Source of the DNA: Gemmatimonadales bacterium
Lineage (GTDB): Bacteria; Gemmatimonadota; Gemmatimonadetes; Gemmatimonadales; GWC2-71-9
Direction of reading: 5' to 3'
NCBI GenBank assembly: GCA_035280265.1
Contig: DATEGE010000031.1
Location: 3,995 to 67,994, forward strand
Length of the DNA stretch: 64,000 nt
The position numbers and the translations under genes are program-made. Below the pieces are notes generated by a model that worked only from the letters and a program-made list of their open reading frames with translations, had not been told where the DNA came from and made no database searches. This document shows positions 19,501 to 27,564 of the stretch, piece by piece. Numbering within the stretch: the stretch's first letter is position 1; the number at the start of each line of letters is the position of its first letter.

Positions 19501-19917
19501 GTCTTTCCCTTTGGATCCCTGCAGGCCCGAGACGGAGACGTAGATGTCCAGATAACCGTCGTTATTGATGTCCACCATCGTAGCGCCAGTGGCCCATGTG
19601 TGCGTCGTGACGCCGGCCGACTGCGTGATGTCTTGGAACCGCATGTTCCCCTTGTTCACGTAGAGGCGGCTCGAGACCATGTTGCCCGTGAGGAAGATGT
19701 CCGGCAATCCGTCGTTATCGATGTCTCCGATGGCCACTCCGCCGCCGTTGTACACGTAGGGGTCGGTCTGCACGTTCACCGAATCGGTGGTGGTGATGGT
19801 GTTGGCGAACGTGACGCCGGTCTGGGACGGGCTCAGGAGCTTAAATAGCGGCTGATGCGGCTGCTCCGGACTGCAGCTAATGACGAGCAGAAGCAGTGAA
19901 AGGAGGGGGGAGCGCAT
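16594..19917 (-). CDS. FG-GAP/VCBS-repeat protein with ASPIC/UnbV domain (lipoprotein)
   Basis: VISC lipobox, YNGGGVAIGDIDNDG, RGYMSTMDDREHFGLG; full-length paralogue of the gene at 1-2862. Confidence 0.87.
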   Translation of the reverse strand: MRSPLLSLLLLVISCSPEQPHQPLFKLLSPSQTGVTFANTITTTDSVNVQTDPYVYNGGGVAIGDIDNDGLPDIFLTGNMVSSRLYVNKGNMRFQDITQSAGVTTHTWATGATMVDINNDGYLDIYVSVSGLQGSKGKDRANLLFINNGDGTFTEAAARYGIADTGYTTQAVFFDYNGDGYLDLFLLNNSPQDFARGAADTHPLGVRSNSPASWNKLYRNNGDGTFTDVSREAGILRQLGYGLGVVVADVNGDGWPDIYISNDVAPNDVLYVNNGDGTFTDKAGAWLKHTSFAGMGVDIADFNNDGRPDILQVDMMPAALGARKRMSGFVTYESQSELRSRGFRDDYDVNALQLNNGVTVNGDLVFSEIARFAGVAYTDWSWSPLFADFDNDGYKDILITSGYPKAVNDLEYQGNAFRARRAGDTRRALTLLKELRSYRVPSHVFRNNGDLTFSDKTNEWGLGQPGYAYGTAYADLNNDGKLDLVVNNIDAPASIYENIQPHDDRHHYLQIQLDGDPPNRRGIGARLILTAGGQKQYLYHSPTRGYMSTMDDREHFGLGPAWRVDSLEVIWPDGRYQLFTGLDVDRLLLVKQRDATKVRDAGSPSPSAFPHPASRLFEPSRSIRYQHNSGSFVDYNVQPLLPYMVSKQGPALAVADVNGDGLEDVFIGGAAGVPGKLFMQRRDGSFVQSTQGQPWAADSQYDDWGAFFFDANGDGLPDLYVASCRYQLAPGSPLLQDRLYLNRGGGRFVKDTRALPEMRTCTATVAAGDFNGDGRLDLFVGGRLTPRNYPYPTRSYLLRNDGGHFTDVTEEVAPELIHPGGMITAAVWIDFDGDGRLDLVTAGEWMPLHFYKNDGKRLRDVTASMGLPPLRGWWYSLASGDFNHDGRPDLVAGNLGLNYSYTTSSHSRFGVYALDFTGNRTTDVVFTQDVNGTEYPFYGLATVGPAIYPLAVRFPTYAAFSEASIPQMFGPSQLQQALHYQVDTFASVYLQNNGNGTFSVSALPTLAQTAPIRGILADDVDGDGNLDLIVAGNLDDTEPNTAPADAGNGLWLRGDGQGHFTAIPPVESGFLAPRHVTGLALVKTPAGSAVLVANHGDSLQAFVVRRR

Positions 19918-20018
19918 GAGGGCGGCTAGAATCGCCGTGGCGCTCAGGCCCGTCAAGAGGTAGCGCGCGCGGCCCGGGTGGCGAAACGGCGCGTCATGCC
20001 GTACGATTTCCGCCGCCT

Positions 20019-22325
20019 ATGACCATTCTTGCGATCCTCCTCGCCATGGGGACCGCTGCCACGTCCCCCCTCTCCGGAACGGAGAGGGGGCCAGGGGGTG
20101 AGGGCGACTCCGTCGCGCCCTATCTCTCCTTCCCGGAGCCCGGGCTCGACGACCCCGCGGCCTACGAAGGCTACCAGACGCGAGTGTACCGCGACGCGCG
20201 GCACAACGCGTTTCAGGTCTACTTGAAGGGCAGCACGGGGCGTGTCGTCAACCTCTGGGCCGACGCGGCCGACGAGAGCGTCGGGTTCACCGTCCGCGAC
20301 TCGAGCGGCCGGCCCGCCGAGCTCGCCTGGGGATCGGCGCAGGCGGCGGTGGATGAAGCGCGGGGCACGCGGTCGCTGTCCTTTGGCCTCGAGCTCCCCT
20401 CCCACGTTTCGATCGGCCAGTTTCTGCTCGGCTCGATGCGGGTCGAGCGCGATCTTCAGTATGCGGGTCGCGACACCCTGGCGCTGGACGCCCCGGCGTT
20501 CCCGCAGCGCGAGCTGCTCGAGCTGATCGACCAAATGGCGCGGTTGCGGCCGGCCGAACGGGCGCGCCACCTGGCGCTGCTGGGCGTGAAGACCCTCGAC
20601 GCGCTGCGCGCCCGGCTGGCCCCGACGATCGCGGCCACCGTGGGCGACACCGCCTGGAGCGTCCGTGTGGAGCAGGTGAGCTTCGACGGCAAGAGCCGGC
20701 TCACGCTCGCGCTCGAAGGCGACGCACGGGAGACAGTTCCCAAGGTGGTGGCCAACACCGTCACGATCCGCCGCCCCGCCGGCGGTCCAGTGCGGGTGAG
20801 TGTGCGGGTGACCACCGACGCGCCGGCGCTCACGCCCCTCGTGCGCAGCGAGATCTTCAACGACGACTTCCGCCGCTTCTACGACGCCGTGCGAGCGGAC
20901 ACGGCGCATCCCGAGCGGTTGCGGCGGTTGGAGCGCGAGGTGCGGGGCGTGGAGCTGTTGTGCTACGGCGAGAAGCTCATGGCCGGCCTCCCGAACTTCG
21001 CGACGTATTTCGGGCGGGACATGCTCATGGCCGCGCTGTTGATGCAGCCGATTTGGGCGCCCGAGATGTCGGAGCACGTCATCGCGAGCGCGTTGCGGAA
21101 GCTCGCGCCCGACGGCGACGTGAGTCACGAGGAGGCACTGGGGGGCCAGGCGATCCGCGAGCACGCCGCGGAATACACTCGTCTGGTCCGGAGCGGCCGA
21201 CTGGCACAGGCCCGCGCCGTGCTCGCCCAGCTCGACGCCACGCGCGAGAACTACATCATGGTGGACGACGACTTCCAGCTTCCGGTCGTGGCGGCCCGCT
21301 ATCTCGCCGACGTCCGGGTGCCCGCGGAGCGCAAACGTCGCTTCCTGACGGCGGAAGGTCGCCTCGGGCGCCTGGTGTCGAACCTCGCGTTCGTGGCACG
21401 CCGGGCCGCACCGTACGCCCACCATCCGGTCGCGACCAACCTCGTCTCCTTCCCGCGCGCCTCGGATGGGAGCTGGATCTCGGCGAGCTGGAGGGACAGC
21501 CACGCGGGATACGGCGGCGGTCGATTCGCGATGGACGTGAACGTCATCTGGGTGCCGCACGCGCTCGAGAGCATGGCGACGATCCTCGATGCGCTCAAGG
21601 AGGTCGGCCTATCGCCTCCCCTCCGCGATGAGCCGCTCGCCACGTTCGCGCGGGATCGGGCAGCGCTGCAGCGCGCTATCGCCGCGTGGCGCGGAGCCGA
21701 GCGGCACTTCCGGGTAGCCCTGGCGCCTGCCGAAGCGTCGCGGCGGATCGCCGCCCGGCTCGCGTGGCTGCCTCCGCAGGGGCGGGACTACTGGCAAGGC
21801 GTGCTGCGCCGCGCCCCACTCCCGGGAGACACTCTCCGCTTTCTCGCCCTCTCACTCGACGGCGCGGGGCGCCCGATCCCGATCGTGAACACGGATCCCG
21901 CCATGCTGCTGCTCGTCGACTCGCTGCCACTAGAGCGGATGCACGAGCTGATCGCGCCGATTCTCAAAACTTATCTGGTCGGTCTATTCGTCGACGACCT
22001 CGGGCCCGTCACGGCGAACGACGCCTACGCCCAGGCGAACGTGTGGGAGCAGTTTCGCAAGGATGCGTACCACTCTCCTACGGTGGTCTGGGGCCGGGAC
22101 GTGAACATCTTGCTCGCCGGCTTGGCGCAGCAGACGAAGTCTGAAGCGCTCCACCGGATCCTCGCCGCCGTCGATCGCTCCGGGCTGCGGCACGCCGAGC
22201 TGTGGAGCTATCGCGTCGAAGACGGGCGATTGGTCCCGACGCGGTACGGGACCAGCTCCGACGTGCAGCTGTGGAGTCTGACCGACCTCGCCGTTCAATA
22301 TCTCCTCGAACCCACACGGCCATGA
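20019..22325 (+). CDS. exported six-hairpin (alpha/alpha)6 glycosidase-like protein, uncharacterised
   Basis: Signal peptide; KLMAGLPNFATYFGRDMLM and SHEE motifs resemble amylo-alpha-1,6-glucosidase/GH63-like folds; ATGA-coupled to the SSS gene. Confidence 0.55.
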   Translation: MTILAILLAMGTAATSPLSGTERGPGGEGDSVAPYLSFPEPGLDDPAAYEGYQTRVYRDARHNAFQVYLKGSTGRVVNLWADAADESVGFTVRDSSGRPAELAWGSAQAAVDEARGTRSLSFGLELPSHVSIGQFLLGSMRVERDLQYAGRDTLALDAPAFPQRELLELIDQMARLRPAERARHLALLGVKTLDALRARLAPTIAATVGDTAWSVRVEQVSFDGKSRLTLALEGDARETVPKVVANTVTIRRPAGGPVRVSVRVTTDAPALTPLVRSEIFNDDFRRFYDAVRADTAHPERLRRLEREVRGVELLCYGEKLMAGLPNFATYFGRDMLMAALLMQPIWAPEMSEHVIASALRKLAPDGDVSHEEALGGQAIREHAAEYTRLVRSGRLAQARAVLAQLDATRENYIMVDDDFQLPVVAARYLADVRVPAERKRRFLTAEGRLGRLVSNLAFVARRAAPYAHHPVATNLVSFPRASDGSWISASWRDSHAGYGGGRFAMDVNVIWVPHALESMATILDALKEVGLSPPLRDEPLATFARDRAALQRAIAAWRGAERHFRVALAPAEASRRIAARLAWLPPQGRDYWQGVLRRAPLPGDTLRFLALSLDGAGRPIPIVNTDPAMLLLVDSLPLERMHELIAPILKTYLVGLFVDDLGPVTANDAYAQANVWEQFRKDAYHSPTVVWGRDVNILLAGLAQQTKSEALHRILAAVDRSGLRHAELWSYRVEDGRLVPTRYGTSSDVQLWSLTDLAVQYLLEPTRP
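20066..20103. repeat. REP-like palindrome inserted in frame
   Basis: CCCCCTCTCCG-GAA-CGGAGAGGGGG followed by CCAGGGGGTGAGG. Confidence 0.65.
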
Positions 22326-23941
22326 CATCCCTCCACCTGTTCGACCTGTTGGTGATCGCCGGCTATTTCCTGGTGCTGCTGGGGATCGGGTACTGGGCGG
22401 CGCGGCGCGAAAAGAACGTGAGCGCGGACTATTTCCTCGCGAGCCGCGACGTGGGTTGGTTCGCCGTCGGAGCGAGCCTCTTCGCCTCGAACATCGGCAG
22501 CGAGCATCTGGTGGGCCTGGCGGGAACGGGCGCGGCAAGCGGGCTCGCGGTGGGGCACTTCGAGTGGCTCGCCTGTCTCATCCTGCTGCTCCTGGGCTGG
22601 CTGTTCGTGCCGTTCTATCTGCGCAGCGGCGTGTACACGATGCCGGAGTTCCTGGAGAAGCGGTACAACTCGGCGGCGCGGTCGTATTTCACGTGGGTCT
22701 CGGTGATCGGCTACGTCCTCACGAAGATCAGCGTGACGTTGTACGCTGGCGGCGTCGTCATCGGGGCCGTGACTGGCTGGAATTTCACGACGGCAGCGAT
22801 CATCCTCATCGTCGTGACGGGGCTGTATACCATCTTCGGTGGACTGCGCGCCGTGGTATACACGGAAGTGCTGCAGGCGATCGTGCTCATTCTCGGTTCC
22901 GCGACGCTCATGGCGATCGGGCTGTCGGAAGTGGGTGGATTCGCGGGGCTCGAGGCGAAAGTCCCAGCAGGTTTCTTCTCCATGTGGAAGCCGATCCACG
23001 ACCCGGACTTCCCGTGGACCGGCATCATCTTTGGAGCCCCGATCCTCGGCATCTGGTATTGGTGCACCGACCAACACATCGTGCAGCGCGTGCTCGCCGC
23101 CAAGAACATTACCGAAGCCCGCACCGGCACGATCTTCGCCGGGTATTTGAAGATTCTTCCCGTCTTCATCTTCGTGTTGCCGGGCATCGTCGCCGCGGCG
23201 CTGTTCGCGGACGTGCATAGCAACCCCGACTCCGCCTATCCTACGCTGGTGACGCGACTCCTGCCCGACGGCATCAAGGGCCTCGTGCTCGCGGGCATGC
23301 TCGCCGCGCTGATGAGCTCTCTCGCGTCCGCGTTCAACGCATGCTCCACACTCCTGACCTGGGACGTCTATCGCAAGATGCGTCCGACCGCAACCGAGCA
23401 GCAGCTCGTCTTGGTAGGCCGCGTTTCCGCCGGCGTCATGGTGTTCCTGGGTCTGGTGTGGATTCCATTCATGAAATACATCTCGTCGCAGATCTACATC
23501 TATTTGCAGAGCGTCCAAGCGTACATCGCGCCGCCGATCGCCGCGTGTTTCTTACTCGGCCTCTTCTACCGCCGGTTGAACGGCGCCGGAGCAGTGGCTT
23601 CGTTGGTTACCGGCCTCGTCCTCGGCGTGCTGCGCCTGGTGCTCGAGCTGTGGAACAAGGCGGAGGGTGGGACCGCGCTCGCGGCCGGCTCGCTCTTCCA
23701 CTGGATCGCGACGATCAACTTCCTGCACTACGCGGTGCTGCTGTTTGTGATCTGCACCGCCGTGCTCTTCGTCGTCAGCATGGCGACGCCGCCGCCGCCG
23801 GCGGTCAAGACGGCGGGGTTGACCTACGGCGCCCAGGAGATCACGGCCGTCCCCACTGCCGCGGGTCCCCGCACTCGCAACATTGTGCTCTCGGTGATCC
23901 TCGCCTGCACGATCGGGGTCCTGTGGTACGTGTTCAGATGA
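22322..23941 (+). CDS. sodium:solute symporter (SGLT-like sugar transporter)
   Basis: GASLFASNIGSEHLVGLAG, WYWCTDQHIVQRVLAA; about 14 TM segments. Confidence 0.92.
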   Translation: MTSLHLFDLLVIAGYFLVLLGIGYWAARREKNVSADYFLASRDVGWFAVGASLFASNIGSEHLVGLAGTGAASGLAVGHFEWLACLILLLLGWLFVPFYLRSGVYTMPEFLEKRYNSAARSYFTWVSVIGYVLTKISVTLYAGGVVIGAVTGWNFTTAAIILIVVTGLYTIFGGLRAVVYTEVLQAIVLILGSATLMAIGLSEVGGFAGLEAKVPAGFFSMWKPIHDPDFPWTGIIFGAPILGIWYWCTDQHIVQRVLAAKNITEARTGTIFAGYLKILPVFIFVLPGIVAAALFADVHSNPDSAYPTLVTRLLPDGIKGLVLAGMLAALMSSLASAFNACSTLLTWDVYRKMRPTATEQQLVLVGRVSAGVMVFLGLVWIPFMKYISSQIYIYLQSVQAYIAPPIAACFLLGLFYRRLNGAGAVASLVTGLVLGVLRLVLELWNKAEGGTALAAGSLFHWIATINFLHYAVLLFVICTAVLFVVSMATPPPPAVKTAGLTYGAQEITAVPTAAGPRTRNIVLSVILACTIGVLWYVFR

Positions 23942-23950
23942 GCCGGCAGG

Positions 23951-24000
23951 GAGGTTGGTGGAGGATGGTGGAGGTTGGTGGAGGTTGGTGGAGGTTGATG
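23951..24000 (+). repeat. 5 x 10-bp tandem repeat (GAGGTTGGTG)
   Basis: gaggttggtg gaggatggtg gaggttggtg gaggttggtg gaggttgatg. Confidence 0.9.
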
Positions 24001-25620
24001 CGGGTTGTCACGCCTCTCCTCGTGGCAGCTTGCACCTCCAGAACGTCCACGACCTCCACCAACCTCCACCAACCTGCTTCTCAGTCCACCAACCTCTCCC
24101 AACCTCCCGCGGCGCTGTACGAACCCTCCCGTGATCTGGAAGCTCTCTTCGCCGCGGTTCAGCTGTCCGACCTCTTCCCCGACTCGAAGACGTTCGTCGA
24201 CGCGCGTCTCCGCCTCGCACCGGCGGACATCGTCGCACGTTATGCCACGGAGCGCCGCGCCCCGGGGTTCAGCCTGCGGGCGTTCGTGGAGCAGCAGTTC
24301 GAGTTGCCGCGGCCCGTGGGAGAGGGGTTCCGCACCGATCCCACGCAGACGATGGAGCAGCACATCCGCGCGTTGTGGCCCGTGCTCACTCGCCCACCGG
24401 ATCCTGTGGACCCCCGCTCGTCGCTGATCCCGCTTCCCGACTCGTACGTCGTTCCCGGCGGCCGCTTCCGCGAAGTGTACTACTGGGATTCCTACTTCAC
24501 GATGCTGGGGCTCATCGAGAGCGGCCGGACCGAGCTGGTCGGCCACATGCTCGAGAACTTCGCCCACCTGATCAAGACGGTCGGGCACATCCCCAATGGC
24601 AACCGCTCCTACTATCTGAGCCGCAGCCAGCCCCCATTCTTCGGCGCCATGGTCGCGTTGTACGCCACCGCGACCGATACCGCGAGCGCGCTCCCGTACC
24701 TCGACGCCCTCGAGGCGGAGCACGCCTTCTGGATGGACGGCGCGGAGCGTCTCGCGCCAGGTGAGGCGTCCCGCCGCGTCGTCAGGTTGCGCGACGGGGC
24801 CGTGCTCAACCGCTATTGGGACGACCGGTCGGATCCCCGCCCGGAGTCGTTCCGGCCGGACTACGCGCTGGGGCAAACCCTCCCCGCATCGCGCCGCGAG
24901 GGCTTCTATCGAAACGTCCGGGCCACGGCGGAGAGCGGCTGGGATTTCTCGAGTCGCTGGCTGCGCGACCCGAAAGACCTGCGGACGCTCGAGACCACGG
25001 AGCTCGTGCCGGTGGACTTGAACAGTCTGCTCTATCGCGCCGAGCAAGTGATCGCCGAGCTGCGGAGGGCCCGCGACCGGACGGGGGATGTGGACGTGGC
25101 GAAGCGCTTCGAGGCGATCGCGGCGGACCGTCGACGGGCCCTGCTCGCGGCGGCATACGATTCCGCCGACGGCTTCTTCTATGACGTCCGCTGGCGTAGC
25201 GGCGAGCGCGTGAGGGATCGCCCCACGTTAGCCGCCGCGGCACCGCTCTACTTCGGGCTCGCCACTCCGGAGCAGGGTCGCACCGTGGCCGCGCGCCTGG
25301 CGCGCGACTTCCTGAAGCCCGGCGGGTTCGTCACCACCCTCATCGCGTCCGGACAGCAATGGGACGCGCCCAATGGCTGGCCACCGCTCGAGTGGCTGAC
25401 GATCGATGGCGTGCGCCGCTACGGCGCGGCCGACCTGGCGGCCACGGCGCGCGATCGCTGGCTGGCGTTGAATCGGCACACGTACCGCGCGACCGGCAAG
25501 ATGACGGAGAAGTACGACGTCGTCGATCTCGAGCGCCGGGCGGGCGGGGGAGAGTACCCGACGCAGGACGGGTTCGGCTGGACCAACGGGGTGGCGCTGG
25601 CGCTGGCGGCGCACAAGTAA
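23998..25620 (+). CDS. treA: alpha,alpha-trehalase (GH37), lipoprotein
   Basis: PGGRFREVYYWDSY, NGNRSYYLSRSQPP, ESGWDFSSRW, QWDAPNGWPP, GGGEY..QDGFGWTNG; MRVVTPLLVAAC lipobox; alternative ATGs at 23938 and 23965. Confidence 0.9.
   Translation: MRVVTPLLVAACTSRTSTTSTNLHQPASQSTNLSQPPAALYEPSRDLEALFAAVQLSDLFPDSKTFVDARLRLAPADIVARYATERRAPGFSLRAFVEQQFELPRPVGEGFRTDPTQTMEQHIRALWPVLTRPPDPVDPRSSLIPLPDSYVVPGGRFREVYYWDSYFTMLGLIESGRTELVGHMLENFAHLIKTVGHIPNGNRSYYLSRSQPPFFGAMVALYATATDTASALPYLDALEAEHAFWMDGAERLAPGEASRRVVRLRDGAVLNRYWDDRSDPRPESFRPDYALGQTLPASRREGFYRNVRATAESGWDFSSRWLRDPKDLRTLETTELVPVDLNSLLYRAEQVIAELRRARDRTGDVDVAKRFEAIAADRRRALLAAAYDSADGFFYDVRWRSGERVRDRPTLAAAAPLYFGLATPEQGRTVAARLARDFLKPGGFVTTLIASGQQWDAPNGWPPLEWLTIDGVRRYGAADLAATARDRWLALNRHTYRATGKMTEKYDVVDLERRAGGGEYPTQDGFGWTNGVALALAAHK
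24047..24108 (-). repeat. inverted copies of the 10-bp repeat (CCACCAACCT)
   Basis: ccacgacctccaccaacctccaccaacct..ccaccaacct..cccaacctccc, encoding the TSTTSTNLHQPASQSTNLSQPP linker. Confidence 0.8.
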
Positions 25621-25659
25621 CAGCGGATCGACACCGCCTTCGGGCGGGTATTCTCACCC

Positions 25660-26559
25660 ATGCCGGCCGTCCTACCGTGTCTCCTCGCATTTGCGCTCCA
25701 AGCCGGAGCGCCTGCTTCCCAACGACCCTCCGAGATCACGTGGCGTCCGCGCGTGCCACTCGAGGGATCACTCGTGATTCTCGTGGTTCGCTCTCCCGGC
25801 GGCGACGACAGTCTCGTCGGCATACGGGGGGGGACGCTGGCCGGCGAGGCGCTGCATTTCGAGCGCACGGCGGCTGGGTTCCACGCGTTGGGAGCGGTTC
25901 CGCTCGCCGGACCCGACAGCGTGACCGCTCAGGTCGTTGAGGAGCGTTCCGGGGGCGTCGCGGACACGATGACGGTGCCCATCCCTGTGCGCCGGCGGCG
26001 CGTGGCTGGGGAACGACTCCGGGTCGCACAGGAGTTCGCGGAGCCGCCCGACTCGCTGGTGGATCGCATCCGCACCGAACGAAACCTGCTCGATGACGTA
26101 CGGCAGCGGGCGCATGACACTCCGCGGCTGTGGCACGAGGCGTTCGTGCGGCCGCGACCCAGCCCGATCACGAGTGTGTTTGGAGTGCCGCGTATCCTGA
26201 ATGGAACGGTGCGGAGCCGTCATTACGGCGTGGACTTCGCGGGTCAAATGGGGGCGCCGGTTCGTGCGGCCAACCGCGGCGTGGTCGCGCTCGTCGCCGA
26301 TCTGTACTACAGCGGCACGACCGTCATCATCGATCACGGCGGCGGCCTCCTCACGGGGTACTTTCACCTGAGCAGTGTGCTCGTTGCGCGGGGCGACACG
26401 ATCGAGCGCGGTCAGCTGCTCGGTCGCGTGGGAGCATCGGGGAGGGTCACGCGACCGCACCTGCACTGGTTTGGAGCGTACGGAGGGGTGACGGTCGATC
26501 CGCTCGATCTTCTGAAGCTGGAACCGAGGCTCGAGTGGCGGAGGAAAGGCAAAGGCTAG
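25660..26559 (+). CDS. M23 family metallopeptidase
   Basis: HYGVD and HLH zinc motifs; signal peptide. Confidence 0.87.
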   Translation: MPAVLPCLLAFALQAGAPASQRPSEITWRPRVPLEGSLVILVVRSPGGDDSLVGIRGGTLAGEALHFERTAAGFHALGAVPLAGPDSVTAQVVEERSGGVADTMTVPIPVRRRRVAGERLRVAQEFAEPPDSLVDRIRTERNLLDDVRQRAHDTPRLWHEAFVRPRPSPITSVFGVPRILNGTVRSRHYGVDFAGQMGAPVRAANRGVVALVADLYYSGTTVIIDHGGGLLTGYFHLSSVLVARGDTIERGQLLGRVGASGRVTRPHLHWFGAYGGVTVDPLDLLKLEPRLEWRRKGKG

Positions 26560-26574
26560 TTGTGGCCTCCGCTG

Positions 26575-27564
26575 CTAGCCGAGGTACTCCTCTCTATACA
26601 TCTTGATGAGCTCAAAGAAGTACGACAGGGCGAGCGGTCCAATCAGCAATCCGAGAATGCCGAAGTACGGCACGCCTGCCAGCGCACCCAGGAGCGTGAC
26701 CAGCGGATGGATGTGCGCCCAGCGCTTGAAGATCCTCGGCCGGATCACGTAGTCGACGTTGCCGACCACCGCGGCGCCCCACAGGGCCAGCAGCAGGCCG
26801 GGAGCCGTGCGGCCCCCCAGCACGAGCGCGAGCGCACCGGGCCCCCAGACCAGGCCGCTCCCCACCACGGGGAGGATCGCGAACACCACGGTCACGACAC
26901 CCCAGAACACCGCATTCGGCAGGCCCGTCACCCAGAAGCCCAGCCCTACGAGGAATCCCTGAATCGCCGCGGTGAGGCCGGTGCCGATGATCGTCGCGCT
27001 GGTGACGTCGCGAAACCGCTGCCGCAGCTTTTCGGTGTTCTTGCCGGAAAACGGGATGTAGGGTTGTACCGCCGCCCACGTCTCGTGGGGCTGGAGCAGC
27101 AGATAGAAGAGCCCGAACAGCGAAATCGTCAGGTTGAGGGCGAGCCGGGTGGCGGTGCCCACCAGCCCGAACGCGGAGGAGCCGATCCATCCTACCAGCT
27201 GGGCGCCCAGGTCGGCGAGGCGGGGCCCCAGATCCACGCCGCCGATCCGCAGCTCCCGGAGCCGGCCGAGCACCGGATTCCGCACCACGCTCCCGGCGAT
27301 TTCCTGGGCCTGCCCGACGATGAGACCCGCGAAGGAGACGCCCGGCACGACGATCAGAAACAGCGCGAGCACAACGACGAAGGCCGCGGCGAAGCGGGGA
27401 CGCATCCGCATCTCCAGCCAGTCGTGTACTGGAGCGAAGATCGCGTACAACACCGGGATGCCGATGATGCCGGTGGCGTACGGCGTCAGGGCGATGACCA
27501 GCGCGGCTCCGAGCAGCAGCAGGAGAATCGCGGCCCGCTGGTGATTCGTGTCGATCAGCGCCAT
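26575..27564 (-). CDS. AI-2E family transporter
   Basis: Hydrophobic; LPVVGSGLVW, NVDYVIRP, HPLVTLLGALAG..FGILGLLIGP. True start MALIDTN at 27564; the 592-aa ORF call is over-extended. Confidence 0.88.
   Translation of the reverse strand: MALIDTNHQRAAILLLLLGAALVIALTPYATGIIGIPVLYAIFAPVHDWLEMRMRPRFAAAFVVVLALFLIVVPGVSFAGLIVGQAQEIAGSVVRNPVLGRLRELRIGGVDLGPRLADLGAQLVGWIGSSAFGLVGTATRLALNLTISLFGLFYLLLQPHETWAAVQPYIPFSGKNTEKLRQRFRDVTSATIIGTGLTAAIQGFLVGLGFWVTGLPNAVFWGVVTVVFAILPVVGSGLVWGPGALALVLGGRTAPGLLLALWGAAVVGNVDYVIRPRIFKRWAHIHPLVTLLGALAGVPYFGILGLLIGPLALSYFFELIKMYREEYLG

Noticed and set aside
11354-19917. Horizontally acquired island (slightly more A/T-ending codons by eye)
   Set aside because: I cannot quantify GC or codon bias without computation, and saw no integrase, tRNA or flanking direct repeats.
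23341-23997. N-terminal extension making a 759-aa trehalase
   Set aside because: It overlaps the SSS gene in another frame; the lipoprotein signal starts at 23998.
23951-24108. CRISPR array
   Set aside because: 10-bp units abut with no unique spacers, and there are no cas genes.
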